Sequence record: SRR31156797_4072 | Strand: one strand, 5' to 3' | DNA length: 64,000 nt | Shown: piece by piece, positions 17,572-28,300 of the stretch | Layout of the letters: each line of letters opens with the position of its first letter | How positions within the stretch are numbered: the first letter of the stretch is position 1 | The notes under the pieces: generated by a model | Told to the model about the DNA's origin: nothing | The model's input: the letters and a program-made list of their open reading frames with translations, nothing else | Databases searched by the model: none | Translations under genes and position numbers: made by a program

Positions 17572-20406
17572 ATGAAAAAACAACTGCTTTTTATCGCATT
17601 CCTGGTATTAGGAATTTGTGCTGTAAATGCTCAAAATGGAAATATTAGAGGTAGAGTTGTAGATAGTAACAACTTATCCTTACCTGGAGCAAGTATTTAT
17701 ACTGATGATTTTGAAATAGGTACTTTTACGGATGTAAACGGAAACTATGTCATTACCGACGTGGAAGCTGGTACTTATCAACTAAAAGTTTCTTATATTG
17801 GTTTTGAACCTTCAGAATTAGAAGTTACAGTTAAACCTGGAAAAACAACCGTTTTGGATTTTAAAATGGACCCAGGTGTGGGTATTCAGGAGGTTACTGT
17901 TTCTGCCGGATTACAAGGTCAATCAAAAGCTCTAAACCAACAGAAAACCAGCGCTAACATTACCAATGTAATTGCATCGGATCAAATGGGAAAATTCCCT
18001 GATGCAAATATTGGAGATGCCCTAAAGCGAATTCCTGGTATCAATGTGCAGTATGACCAAGGTGAAGCTCGTTTTGGTAACATTCGTGGTACTGCTCCAC
18101 AATATAATTCAGTAACTATCAATGGAGAGCGTATACCTTCTGCGGAAGCTGAAGTTCGTGAGATTCAGTTAGACCTTGTTCCTTCTGAAATGATTCAGAT
18201 GGTGGAAGTAAACAAAGCCATTACACCAGATATGGATGCAGATGCTATTGGTGGATCAATCAACCTAGTAACTATTGCAGAACCTTATAAAAGACGTTTT
18301 ACGGGATCATTTGGTTCTGGATATAATTATTTAGCCGGAGAGCCTACTTTTGTGGGTAACCTTATTTATGGAGATCGCTTATTGAATGAAAAATTAGGTA
18401 TGATTTTAAGTGCTTCTTTCCATAATAATAAATTAGGTTCAGATAACGTGGAAGCAGAGTGGGATGGCGACGAAGATGACTATTATTTGAAGGAAGTACA
18501 AGTGCGTCAATACTACTTACAACGTATTCGCCAGAGTTATTCGGCCTCTTTCGATTTTAAATTAAACGAAAACCACACTTTATTTTTAAAGGGTATTTAT
18601 AATCGTCGTAAGGACTGGGAAAACAGATACCGAAATGTATTTAAACCAGTGGATGAACCAACAGGGAACTATTATCCTGCAGAAGTATATGATGGTCCCG
18701 GAGATGATGAAATTGAAGGTACTTATGATGATGAATATGAGGAAACTGAAGTTGCCAGAGAAACTAAATCCGGTGCAAATGATAAGAATGCACGTTTAGA
18801 GGATCAACAAATGATGCAGTTTGCTTTAAGTGGTGAGCATTTATTTGGAATAGTAAAAACGGATTGGGGTGTTTCTTATTCTAAAGCATCAGAAGACAGA
18901 CCACAAGAAAGATATCTTGAAATGACCATTGAAGGTGAAGACATTTTGTATAATGCATCAAATTCAAGAAAACCTTTTATGACTTTAGATCCTTCTGTTC
19001 AGGATTTAAATGGAGATTGGGAAGTAAACGAACTGACAGAAGAAAACCAATATACAGAAGATATTGATGTAGTTGCTCGCTTAAACTTTGAGCTTCCTTT
19101 AGCTAAAGGTCCTTTTAAAAACTCATTAAAGTTTGGAGGTAAATACAAGTCGAAAGAAAAAAGTAGAGATAACGACTTTTACGAGTATTCGCCAATTAAT
19201 GAAAATGCATTTCTTGCAAACGCATTGAATAGTAAAAAAGACTGGTCAAAAGATAATTTTATGCCAGGTGACAAATATGATGTAGGTTCATTTGTTTCTA
19301 AAGAATTTGTAGGTGGGTTGAATTTGCAGGATGAAACTCAGTTCGAAAAAGAAATTGATTGGTCTGAATTAGCTGGAAACTACAACGCAAAAGAAAAAGT
19401 TTCTGCAGGATATATCATGTTAAATCAACAATTGGGTGAAAAGTTATCTGCTATTGTTGGTGCCAGAATCGAACACACTAAAACTGAAGGTGAAGGTTTT
19501 ATTTATGATGATGAAGTAGATGATGACACTGACCCTCGTATTGCAACAGGTGTATTGGAAAACGATTATACCAATATTCTTCCAAATATCCATTTTCGTT
19601 ATAATTTGGATAAAAACACTGTTTTAAGAACAGCATTTACATCTACTATTGCACGTCCTGGCTACTTTGATTTAATTCCTTATGTTCAAATTGAAGATAA
19701 TGAAGAAATTTCTTTAGGTAATCCAGGTCTGGAACCAACTACATCTAATAACATCGATATTATGATGGAGCACTATTTTAAGTCTATCGGTATTGTATCG
19801 GGAGGTTTCTTTTATAAAGATATTAAAGATTTTATTGTTGATGAGCGTAAGTCTGATGTTGATATGAATGGTGATGCCAACGGAACAGGAACTATTTACG
19901 AAAAGTATAAAAGACCTATCAACGGTGGAGATGCTAAGCTTTGGGGCCTTGAATTTGCAGCTCAGCGCCAGCTTGATTTCTTACCTGGTTTCTTAAAAGG
20001 ATTTGGTGTATATGCCAACTATACTTATACACATTCTAAAATCGAGAACTTTAATATTGAAGATCGCGAAAATGAAGATTTAGTAATGCCGGGATCTCCT
20101 GAGCATACATTAAACGCATCTTTATCGTACGAATTAAAGAAGTTTTCAGGAAGATTATCTTACAATTATGCCAGTGATTTTATTGATGAAGTTGGAGATA
20201 GTAAATTTAATGACATTTACTACGATGCAGTTACGTACATGGACTTAAATCTTACTTATAACCTTAATAAAAACTACTTATTTTATGCTGATTTCAACAA
20301 TTTATTAAATCAGCCATTAAGATATTTCCAGGGAAAGAGCAACAGAACTTACCAAATGGAATACTACGGTATGACAGTTAAAGCCGGAGTAAAAGTTAAC
20401 TTTTAA
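17572..20406 (+). CDS. TonB-dependent receptor (non-SusC) linked to phytase
   Basis: Signal peptide MKKQLLF (start 17572); CarboxypepD-like domain; KFPDANIGDALKRIPG, KAITPDMDADAIGGSINL, GNPGLEPT; terminal Phe. Confidence 0.93.
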   Translation: MKKQLLFIAFLVLGICAVNAQNGNIRGRVVDSNNLSLPGASIYTDDFEIGTFTDVNGNYVITDVEAGTYQLKVSYIGFEPSELEVTVKPGKTTVLDFKMDPGVGIQEVTVSAGLQGQSKALNQQKTSANITNVIASDQMGKFPDANIGDALKRIPGINVQYDQGEARFGNIRGTAPQYNSVTINGERIPSAEAEVREIQLDLVPSEMIQMVEVNKAITPDMDADAIGGSINLVTIAEPYKRRFTGSFGSGYNYLAGEPTFVGNLIYGDRLLNEKLGMILSASFHNNKLGSDNVEAEWDGDEDDYYLKEVQVRQYYLQRIRQSYSASFDFKLNENHTLFLKGIYNRRKDWENRYRNVFKPVDEPTGNYYPAEVYDGPGDDEIEGTYDDEYEETEVARETKSGANDKNARLEDQQMMQFALSGEHLFGIVKTDWGVSYSKASEDRPQERYLEMTIEGEDILYNASNSRKPFMTLDPSVQDLNGDWEVNELTEENQYTEDIDVVARLNFELPLAKGPFKNSLKFGGKYKSKEKSRDNDFYEYSPINENAFLANALNSKKDWSKDNFMPGDKYDVGSFVSKEFVGGLNLQDETQFEKEIDWSELAGNYNAKEKVSAGYIMLNQQLGEKLSAIVGARIEHTKTEGEGFIYDDEVDDDTDPRIATGVLENDYTNILPNIHFRYNLDKNTVLRTAFTSTIARPGYFDLIPYVQIEDNEEISLGNPGLEPTTSNNIDIMMEHYFKSIGIVSGGFFYKDIKDFIVDERKSDVDMNGDANGTGTIYEKYKRPINGGDAKLWGLEFAAQRQLDFLPGFLKGFGVYANYTYTHSKIENFNIEDRENEDLVMPGSPEHTLNASLSYELKKFSGRLSYNYASDFIDEVGDSKFNDIYYDAVTYMDLNLTYNLNKNYLFYADFNNLLNQPLRYFQGKSNRTYQMEYYGMTVKAGVKVNF

Positions 20407-20415
20407 ATATAAGTT

Positions 20416-20443
20416 TGTTGGATGAGATTATTCTCATCCAACA
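20416..20443 (+). other. Intergenic stem-loop between receptor and phytase
   Basis: TGTTGGATGAGA-TTAT-TCTCATCCAACA perfect 12-bp stem, weak T tract. Confidence 0.6.
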
Positions 20444-20528
20444 TTCTTTATACACGCAGAAATTATTGTTTTATATTTCAATGGATTCAGAAAATACAGT
20501 CTGATATCTTTTGAAAAAATTAATTCGC

Positions 20529-21707
20529 ATGAAGATACTTTCAACATTCACATTATTATTGCTTTTAGGTGTTATTTCATCATGTAATCAAACAAGCAAA
20601 AAGCAATCAGCAAACACAGAGGAAAGCACTATTGATGCTACACAAGCAGAACGAAATAAAGAAGCCAGAGAAGATTCCATTAAAATGGCAGAAGCTTTAA
20701 GCTTGAAATCTAAATTTGTAAATATTACTGAGGCTGATTATGAAACTGTTCCTGTTATTTCGGAGCATGGAGAGGATGCGGCTGATGATCCTGCTATTTG
20801 GGTAAACAAAAGCAATCCTGCCCAAAGTTTAATTATTGGTACCAATAAAAAAGCTGGTTTACATGTTTACACGCTGCAAGGCGAAGAACTTCAGTTTATT
20901 AAAATTGGTAAGATTAACAATGCCGATGTGAGTTACAATTTTAAATGGAAAGGACAACAAACGGATATCGTTGCAGGAAGTAACCGCACCCATAATGGCG
21001 TTGATGTATTGGCTATTGATAAATCCAACCTAAGATTAGTGGAAAAACCAATTTGTACTATCCCATCTTCGGTTGATGATGTATACGGACTTTGTATGTA
21101 CCATGATACCAAGGCAAATAAGCACTATGTGTATGTAAACGGTAAAAACGGTGTAATTGAGCAATGGTATTTAAACAATAGTACCGATTCTGTATATGCA
21201 GAACTGGCTCGTACATTAAAAGTAAACAGTCAGCCGGAAGGAATGGTAGTTGATCCGCTTACCAATATACTTTACGTAGGTGTTGAAGAAGAAGCTATTT
21301 TTAAATTTGATGCCCATGCGAATGGTGACACAACAGCTGCATCAATTGCTTCTTCGCGAATGCAAAACAATAAGGATATCAGCTACGATATCGAAGGTTT
21401 AGCTATTTATCGTATCTCAGAAGACGAAGGATATTTAATTGCTTCCAGTCAGGGTAGTTTCTCTTATGCAGTTTTTGATTTAAGCGAGCAAAACAATTAT
21501 ATAACTAGTTTTGTGGTGAATGATAAAACCTATGATGGCATTGAAGAAACAGATGGTTTGGATGTGAGTCCTATCCCAATGGGTGATGCTTTTCCTAAAG
21601 GTATATTTGTGGCACAGGATGGTTTTAACATGGATGGAGAAACCAGCGTAAATCAGAACTTTAAAATTGTTTCTTTCGAAAAGATTCTTCCATTCCTAAA
21701 GAAATAA
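20529..21707 (+). CDS. Beta-propeller phytase, lipoprotein
   Basis: Lipobox ISSC; DAADDPAIW, IGTNKKAGL, SQPEGMVVD, DIEGLAIY, IASSQG, ETDG, VAQDG, NQNFK. Confidence 0.94.
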   Translation: MKILSTFTLLLLLGVISSCNQTSKKQSANTEESTIDATQAERNKEAREDSIKMAEALSLKSKFVNITEADYETVPVISEHGEDAADDPAIWVNKSNPAQSLIIGTNKKAGLHVYTLQGEELQFIKIGKINNADVSYNFKWKGQQTDIVAGSNRTHNGVDVLAIDKSNLRLVEKPICTIPSSVDDVYGLCMYHDTKANKHYVYVNGKNGVIEQWYLNNSTDSVYAELARTLKVNSQPEGMVVDPLTNILYVGVEEEAIFKFDAHANGDTTAASIASSRMQNNKDISYDIEGLAIYRISEDEGYLIASSQGSFSYAVFDLSEQNNYITSFVVNDKTYDGIEETDGLDVSPIPMGDAFPKGIFVAQDGFNMDGETSVNQNFKIVSFEKILPFLKK

Positions 21708-21729
21708 AGAAATACAAACAACATAGTTT

Positions 21730-21759
21730 AAAGATGCATCGTAAGGTGCATCTTTTTTT
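21730..21759 (+). terminator. Intrinsic terminator of phytase operon
   Basis: AAAGATGCATC-GTAA-GGTGCATCTTT stem with T7 tract. Confidence 0.85.
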
Positions 21760-21845
21760 GTTTTATATGTTTTCAAGCTTTTCCTAGATTAAACTTAAAA
21801 AAAGTTGTGCGACAATTTTTATAACTTGTTCCTAAAGCAAGTAAA

Positions 21846-22385
21846 ATGAGAATATTTATTGGTATTAAGGTTCATAACAACTTTAAGTTTGCTTCTATTA
21901 AAAACGCACTCCACTATGATGGATTAAAGTGGGTAAAGGAAGATAATCTGCATTTAACCTTGCTTTTTATTGGACAAGCAAGCGATAAACAGATTTTACA
22001 AATTCATGAAACCTTAAAGCAGGTTGTTCCTCATTTCTCAGCATTAGATATCAGCATTCATTCTCTCGGACAATTTCATAAAAGAAAGAAAGGTGGGATT
22101 TTGTGGTTAGGTATTCAAGAAAACCCTTCATTAAAGCAATTACAAAAGTATATTCAGGAAGAGATAATAACTATTTTACCAAAACTATCAATTCAGCATA
22201 GTGAATATACACCACACATTACGCTGGCCCGTTTTAAAACGAATAACTCAATTATAAAATATATAGAGAACTACAACATTGATAATATTCCTTTACAGCA
22301 TATCCACGAAGTCATTCTCTACGAAAGCAGATCAACTCCCAATGGCGTTGAATATGTTGCATTAAAAAAGTATAAACTTTCATAG
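21846..22385 (+). CDS. thpR: RNA 2',3'-cyclic phosphodiesterase (2H family)
   Basis: MRIFIGI start; two HxT motifs NLHLTLLFIG and PHITLAR; LYES. Confidence 0.9.
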   Translation: MRIFIGIKVHNNFKFASIKNALHYDGLKWVKEDNLHLTLLFIGQASDKQILQIHETLKQVVPHFSALDISIHSLGQFHKRKKGGILWLGIQENPSLKQLQKYIQEEIITILPKLSIQHSEYTPHITLARFKTNNSIIKYIENYNIDNIPLQHIHEVILYESRSTPNGVEYVALKKYKLS

Positions 22386-22400
22386 TTAGTGATGAAGAAA

Positions 22401-22440
22401 GCAGAAAAGATGTTTGGAATGTCCCTTTAATCTTTTCTGC
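22401..22440. terminator. Hairpin between convergent thpR and kdgK
   Basis: GCAGAAAAGAT / ATCTTTTCTGC 11-bp arms, 18-nt loop. Confidence 0.5.
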
Positions 22441-22484
22441 CTATGTTTATTCAGAAACTATTTAACTAATTTTCTTGTTTGATA

Positions 22485-23519
22485 TTAAGTAAAAGAAATA
22501 ACAGCTCCGGAAGCACTGTTTTTTACCAATTGTTCAACTTCATCAATGGTAATCATATTGGCGTCTCCCGAAATAGTGTGTTTTAAGCTGGATGCAGCCA
22601 CTGCAAAGTTGAGTATTTGCCCAGGTTGGTTGGGTCTTTCGAGTAAACCATAAATCAAGGCTCCGGTAAATGCATCTCCTCCTCCAACTCTATCTACAAT
22701 ATGAGTTATATCAAAATATTTGGATTCTATTAGTTTAGCTCCATCAAACATAAGGGCGTGTAAACTATTATTAGATGCATTAACACTTCCTCTTCTGGTG
22801 GCTATTATTTTTTTAACCTTGGGATAGCGATTCATAATCATGGGACAAACATGCATAAACGATTCTTTACTGAACTTCCCTTTAAATTTATCTTCTACCT
22901 CAATATCCATAGCAAATTCAGCATCGTACTCGTTTCCTAATATCACATCACACATCTCTAATAAAGGAGGCATTATTTCGTTCGATGTTTTACCATAATT
23001 CCATAAGTTGCTACGTAAATTGATATCACATGAAATGGTCATCCCTTTTTGATAGGCTGCCAGCACACCTTCGTAAAGTACATCTGCCGCACTTTGAGAA
23101 ATGGCTGCACTTAAACCTGACCAATGAAACCAATTTCCACCTTCCAATGCTTTATCCCAATTAATCATGCCAGGTTTTAAAGTGGCAAAAGAAGAATCTT
23201 CACGATCATAAATAACTTTTGATCCTCTGTTTACTGCTCCTAACTCTAAAAAGTAAAGCCCTAACCTTTTTCCTCCCAATAATATATGCTCTGTTCCTAC
23301 TCCAAACTTTTTAAGCGAACGAATACAAGCCTGCCCTATTTCGTTATCAGGAATTCTGGTAACATAGTTGGTTTGCACGCCAAAATTAGATAGTGAAATG
23401 GCCACATTAGCCTCTCCTCCTCCGTAATGGGCATCAAATTTATCTGCTTGAGCAAATCGTTTATGTTCCTCTGCAGAAAGCCTCAGTAATATTTCTCCAA
23501 ATGTGACAACTTTATACAT
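22485..23519 (-). CDS. kdgK: 2-keto-3-deoxygluconate kinase (PfkB family)
   Basis: VVTFGEILLRLS, GGGEANVA, VIYDR, IVDRVGGGDAF, LKHTISGD; last gene of the pectin operon. Confidence 0.88.
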   Translation of the reverse strand: MYKVVTFGEILLRLSAEEHKRFAQADKFDAHYGGGEANVAISLSNFGVQTNYVTRIPDNEIGQACIRSLKKFGVGTEHILLGGKRLGLYFLELGAVNRGSKVIYDREDSSFATLKPGMINWDKALEGGNWFHWSGLSAAISQSAADVLYEGVLAAYQKGMTISCDINLRSNLWNYGKTSNEIMPPLLEMCDVILGNEYDAEFAMDIEVEDKFKGKFSKESFMHVCPMIMNRYPKVKKIIATRRGSVNASNNSLHALMFDGAKLIESKYFDITHIVDRVGGGDAFTGALIYGLLERPNQPGQILNFAVAASSLKHTISGDANMITIDEVEQLVKNSASGAVISFT

Positions 23520-23766
23520 ACAATTATGATTTAGGTAAGAATTAGGATTAGAATGGAAAGATTCAAAAACTGAATTCAGATAGAGTCTTCAATTTGCTTA
23601 TAAAGTAACAGGTCTGCTCAACGAACAAACCTGCCACTCAACTTTTAACTATAATCAAACATGTTACCTTTATTGGTAATAATTAGCAAAAGTTCGACTC
23701 CTGTACACCGCTTTTATTTAGTGATAACCAAAACAGTTATCGAACCTGAGCTAATTACTTAAAAAA

Positions 23767-25284
23767 CTATCTTTTAATAAACTTATAGCTTGCTGCGCCT
23801 TCTTCTGAATTAATAGTGATTAAATACAAACCGGTTTGTAAGGCTGAAACATCGAGTTGGCTAATTTGTGTGCCGATCATTAACTCAGTATTTAATTCAG
23901 ATATGATTTGTCCGGTAATTGAAATAACCTGGATAGATGCCATCACATTACGATCAACATTCGTTTGTATTTGCAAAACAGACCTAACCGGATTATTCAA
24001 TAACTTTAAGTTATAAAAGTCCTGATTCTGATTAATAGAAAATAAACCTGAGACATTATAATCCGTTTCGAAAGCACCTAAATCCGGCGCATCATCATTA
24101 AATGCGTATCCTAAATCGATACCTGCATCAATTAAATTACTTCCTTCTACCAGTTTAAATACATCTAAATCAGGCAAACTGCCATCGGCTTGTCTTGGTC
24201 CGGAAACACCGGTTGTATCCAGGCTAATAAAATCAGAAGTACCAACAGAAAATCCTGAATTCCATGTATTATATTCCTGCGTCACAAAACTTCCTAAACT
24301 AATTTTCCCGTCAATAGCAATGCAGTTTTTAACTTCAGCAGTATTCCCTGCATTTAACGCTCTTGGAATAGAAAAGTTATTGCCCTTGTTTCTATACCCG
24401 GTACAATTGTAGAACTTCATATTTCCGGTATTATTATTCTGGTCGAAGCCTTTGGATTTATTATCAAAAGCCACACAGTTAATAACCGTAAAATTATGAT
24501 CCATATCCTTGTTATCACTTCCTCCCACTTTAAAACCATTACCGTTGGCACTGGCTCCTGCATCTGATCCATCTAAAAAGTATCCATTCATCCATGTCCA
24601 GCAGTTTTCAATAATAGTACTTGGCTGAACATCTTCTTTCATATATCCATCCCAACCATCATCAACATTTAACCAGGCACGACAGCCATAAAAGTAATTA
24701 TTGTCTCCAACATCAATTTTACAGGCAAAACCATCAGCATCACCATAATCTGTTGGATCTGCATTTCCATAACTATCACAGTTTATTATTCTATTATTAG
24801 AAGCACCATTTCCCAATTGCAATCCAGTATCACGGTTTGCAAAAAACACACAATTCTCAATAGTATTGTAATTTCCAGAAATATGCATTCCATTATCACC
24901 CGCTTCGCGAACCATTAGGCCTTTAATTTCCCAATAATCTCCACTTAAACTAAAGCCGCGATTACTACTACTAAAAGCCATAGACGAAAAATCGATTACT
25001 ACTTTTTCTTCCTGATAAGCTTGCATTTTGATTGGACTATCAACAGTTCCATTCCGACTTAAACTTATTTTAGCAGAATAAGCATATGAGCCTTCACGGA
25101 TATAAACAATATCTCCGGCACTTGCCATAGAAATGGCTTTGGTTACTGTTGCATAAGGAGTATTCAATGAAGTTCCTGTATTACTATCACTCCCATTAGT
25201 AGCTACATAATAATTGGTAGCCATTACTTGCATTGCCATTAAAAACAGAACACAAATTGAAAAAAATAATTTTCCTTGCATCAT
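23767..25284 (-). CDS. PL9 pectate/rhamnogalacturonan lyase with T9SS C-terminal domain
   Basis: AGDNG, DADGFACK, NVDDGWD, NGNGFKVGG, GFDQNNN; CTD LQTGLYLITI..YKFIKR. Confidence 0.9.
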   Translation of the reverse strand: MMQGKLFFSICVLFLMAMQVMATNYYVATNGSDSNTGTSLNTPYATVTKAISMASAGDIVYIREGSYAYSAKISLSRNGTVDSPIKMQAYQEEKVVIDFSSMAFSSSNRGFSLSGDYWEIKGLMVREAGDNGMHISGNYNTIENCVFFANRDTGLQLGNGASNNRIINCDSYGNADPTDYGDADGFACKIDVGDNNYFYGCRAWLNVDDGWDGYMKEDVQPSTIIENCWTWMNGYFLDGSDAGASANGNGFKVGGSDNKDMDHNFTVINCVAFDNKSKGFDQNNNTGNMKFYNCTGYRNKGNNFSIPRALNAGNTAEVKNCIAIDGKISLGSFVTQEYNTWNSGFSVGTSDFISLDTTGVSGPRQADGSLPDLDVFKLVEGSNLIDAGIDLGYAFNDDAPDLGAFETDYNVSGLFSINQNQDFYNLKLLNNPVRSVLQIQTNVDRNVMASIQVISITGQIISELNTELMIGTQISQLDVSALQTGLYLITINSEEGAASYKFIKR

Positions 25285-25350
25285 TAAAAAATTAAATAAA
25301 TAATATTGCAGGAGGCTCTAACACCTCCTGCTTATTAACGCTTGATATTA

Positions 25351-28300
25351 TTATAAAGTTACCACTTTTACAGAGGTAGAACCAACCTGATTAGTCACGT
25401 TTATAATCCAACATCCTGCTGGCATTGTAAATTGAGTTTCTGCCCTTACTTCAATTGTTTTTACCAACTTACCCTGTAAATTAAAAACCCTGATAACAGA
25501 ATCTGATTCTATTCCTTTTACGACTATTTCATTTTGATATGACTTGACAACAATACCTGAGCTTGCTTCTTTTTTAACCACATCTGTATTTGGATCTGCA
25601 GCAATTAGAGCTGGATAAGGATCCCATCCATCACCATTATCTGTGAAATTTAATGTAGTAATTGCAGTACCATCTGATAATTCTGCCACAGATAATACAG
25701 TTGCCCATGAAGCTCTGGAAGCTGAATTATCAACTCCTGTCTCCTCAACTGTACCGTACTCATACATATATGGTGACTCACCGGAAAGTGTGCTTAACCA
25801 ACCAAGAGGTTGAATTAATGACTCCCCATCATGCCCTGATGCATTCGTAGTTTCAATGGTAGTATTATAGAATACAGCCTCAGATGTAGCTGGTGCCCAA
25901 GGACGGCCAAGGTAACCTGGCTTAGAACGTTGGGTATTATCCATATCAAGTAAAGGCTCTGCCGAAGTTATCGTACATTCATAGAAAAGATAACCTCTGC
26001 CAGATGTTTGTTTTGCGGCAGTGATAAATGAAACATCGTTTCCATCAGCATCATCACTATTGATTATGGCAAGATCTGATTTATAAAATATAGCTGTCAT
26101 TGCTCCGAAAATATAATCGGTACCTCCCATCATTACACCTTTATAAACAGCTACACGCGAACCTGCATCTCCATAAAAAGAATCCTGATGACCTACAACA
26201 CGACAATTATTTAAAATCGTTTTATCACCTCCTGCAAAAGCTATAGCTGCAGCTCTTTCAATTAATTCTTTATCCTGAACAGCTGTACTACCGACACTGG
26301 TTGGACGTAAACCTTTTGATGCTCCCGGAATTTCAACTAATATATCTTCAGACTCTTTTGTGGATATATATTGATTAAATGAGTTTTCGAAAATGATATT
26401 TTCTGCTACAAAATTATCCGCATAAATCACTACTGTCGCATTCCAATACGACCCATCAGTTTTTCCTCCAGCATTGGTATAGGATTCATATTCGTTTTCT
26501 TTATTCACACGCAAAACATCAGCATTCCATTTGGTATCGTTATCCATACTATAATATGAATACCCATGTCCATAATATGAAGTGATACGAACGGCATTGG
26601 CATCAATATCAACACCTTTATTTGCCAAAGCAATAGAAGGAGTCGATGAAGCATTAGTAAATGTTACATTATCCTGCTCTATAACTAACATCTCTTCGTA
26701 GTTACCCGGATCAATTTCAACAGTAACAACCTGGTCGCTTGTGCGAGTCATTTTTGAAATAGCATCCAAAGCCTCATTGATAGTTTGATAATCTTTATCT
26801 GCACCCACCGTAATTACAGGTGAATAGGCAACAGCCTCTACAACTTTTATAGACAATAAATAAGTAGTTCCTCCGGTAGTTAGTGTAACCGTTCCGTCAA
26901 CTGTTCCTTCGTACACATACTCTGAAATGACACGCACATCTGTTTTTCCAGAAGTATTTGTAACGATTTCTCCACCTTCAATTGAATAATTAGATGCATA
27001 ATAATCAGTAATAATAACTTTATCTCCTACTTTGACAGGAATAGCAATAGTTGCTCCTGTTCCCAGGTTTAAATCCCCATTTGATCCACGAACATTAGCC
27101 GAACCTGTAAATGTCAGTCCTTTATATGCTGTAACCGAACTAATATTTTCATCATTAAAAACCCACTCGGTTACTTCTTCAAATAACATTTCTTTTGATT
27201 CTGCACCTTCTGCCACAACAAGATTTGAATTTGGAGCCAATTGAATAGCATAGGCATGAAGACCTGAAGCAGTAACTTTATAAGTACCGTCTCTTAACAA
27301 AATATCATCAGCAGCGCCATATGTATATTCATATCCTTCTTCATTTAGATTAGTAAAAGTCCACGAGGTAGCAGCCAACTGCTCTGTAGTTAATGCAGCA
27401 CTTGTACTTCTGTTTAAAGTTGTAAGGGTAATTTGATATGTAGACTTAGCTGTAAATGCCATATCATATTCAGTTACATCAGTGGAAATATTCACTGCTG
27501 AAGAGTTAAGGCTATAATCGTTCACTCCTTCTGCAGTAAGCGTATAATCAACATCCGGTTCTAATTGAACTGAGAAATCACCTGATTCATTATCCAAAAC
27601 AATTTCTGGTATATATGCCACTGATGGATCATCTGGAGTAATTGACAAAACAAGGTTCACTAAATCTGATCCTAACCCTGATACAGTACCTGATAAACTA
27701 CTAAAAGTAATCTGTATAACAGTTATATCGAATGTTGCTGCGGCAGTCACTTCAACACTGTTATCACTTGTAATAATATATCCGTTAGCATCGCTCAATG
27801 AAACATCATAAGTATGTCCGGCCGGCAGATCGATTGAGTAAGACTGTGATGACACAACCGTACTAAATTCTTTACCTGTAACATTATTTGTGAAAATAAT
27901 ACCATATCCTTCAGGAATCGATGTAGCAGCTGTTTCGTCCATTGATCCAGTAATGGTAACAAATTCTGCATTTTTTCTAGAAATACGGAATACACTTAGT
28001 TTATCGACCGCATCAAAGATTCTATATTTTCCTGCTTCCTTTGCAATAAAATTAACTTCTGTAGCAGTTCCTTGTGCCACTTCCTGAAATTCATTCTGAA
28101 CAGAAGGATCATCTTCATATACAAAAGTCATATTACCAGGAGCATTATTACCCATGCCAACTACAGATACTTCATCATCCTCCTCTAACTCAATAGTAAA
28201 ATAGCGTAATGTTGCCAAACCATCAGTTACAGTAACTGTTCCGTTAGCATAAACATAACCAGTATAAATACCGTTTGATTTAGCATCATAACGTGTTACT

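Noticed and set aside
21846..22385. thpR as part of the phytase operon
   Set aside because: A strong intrinsic terminator at 21730-21759 separates them
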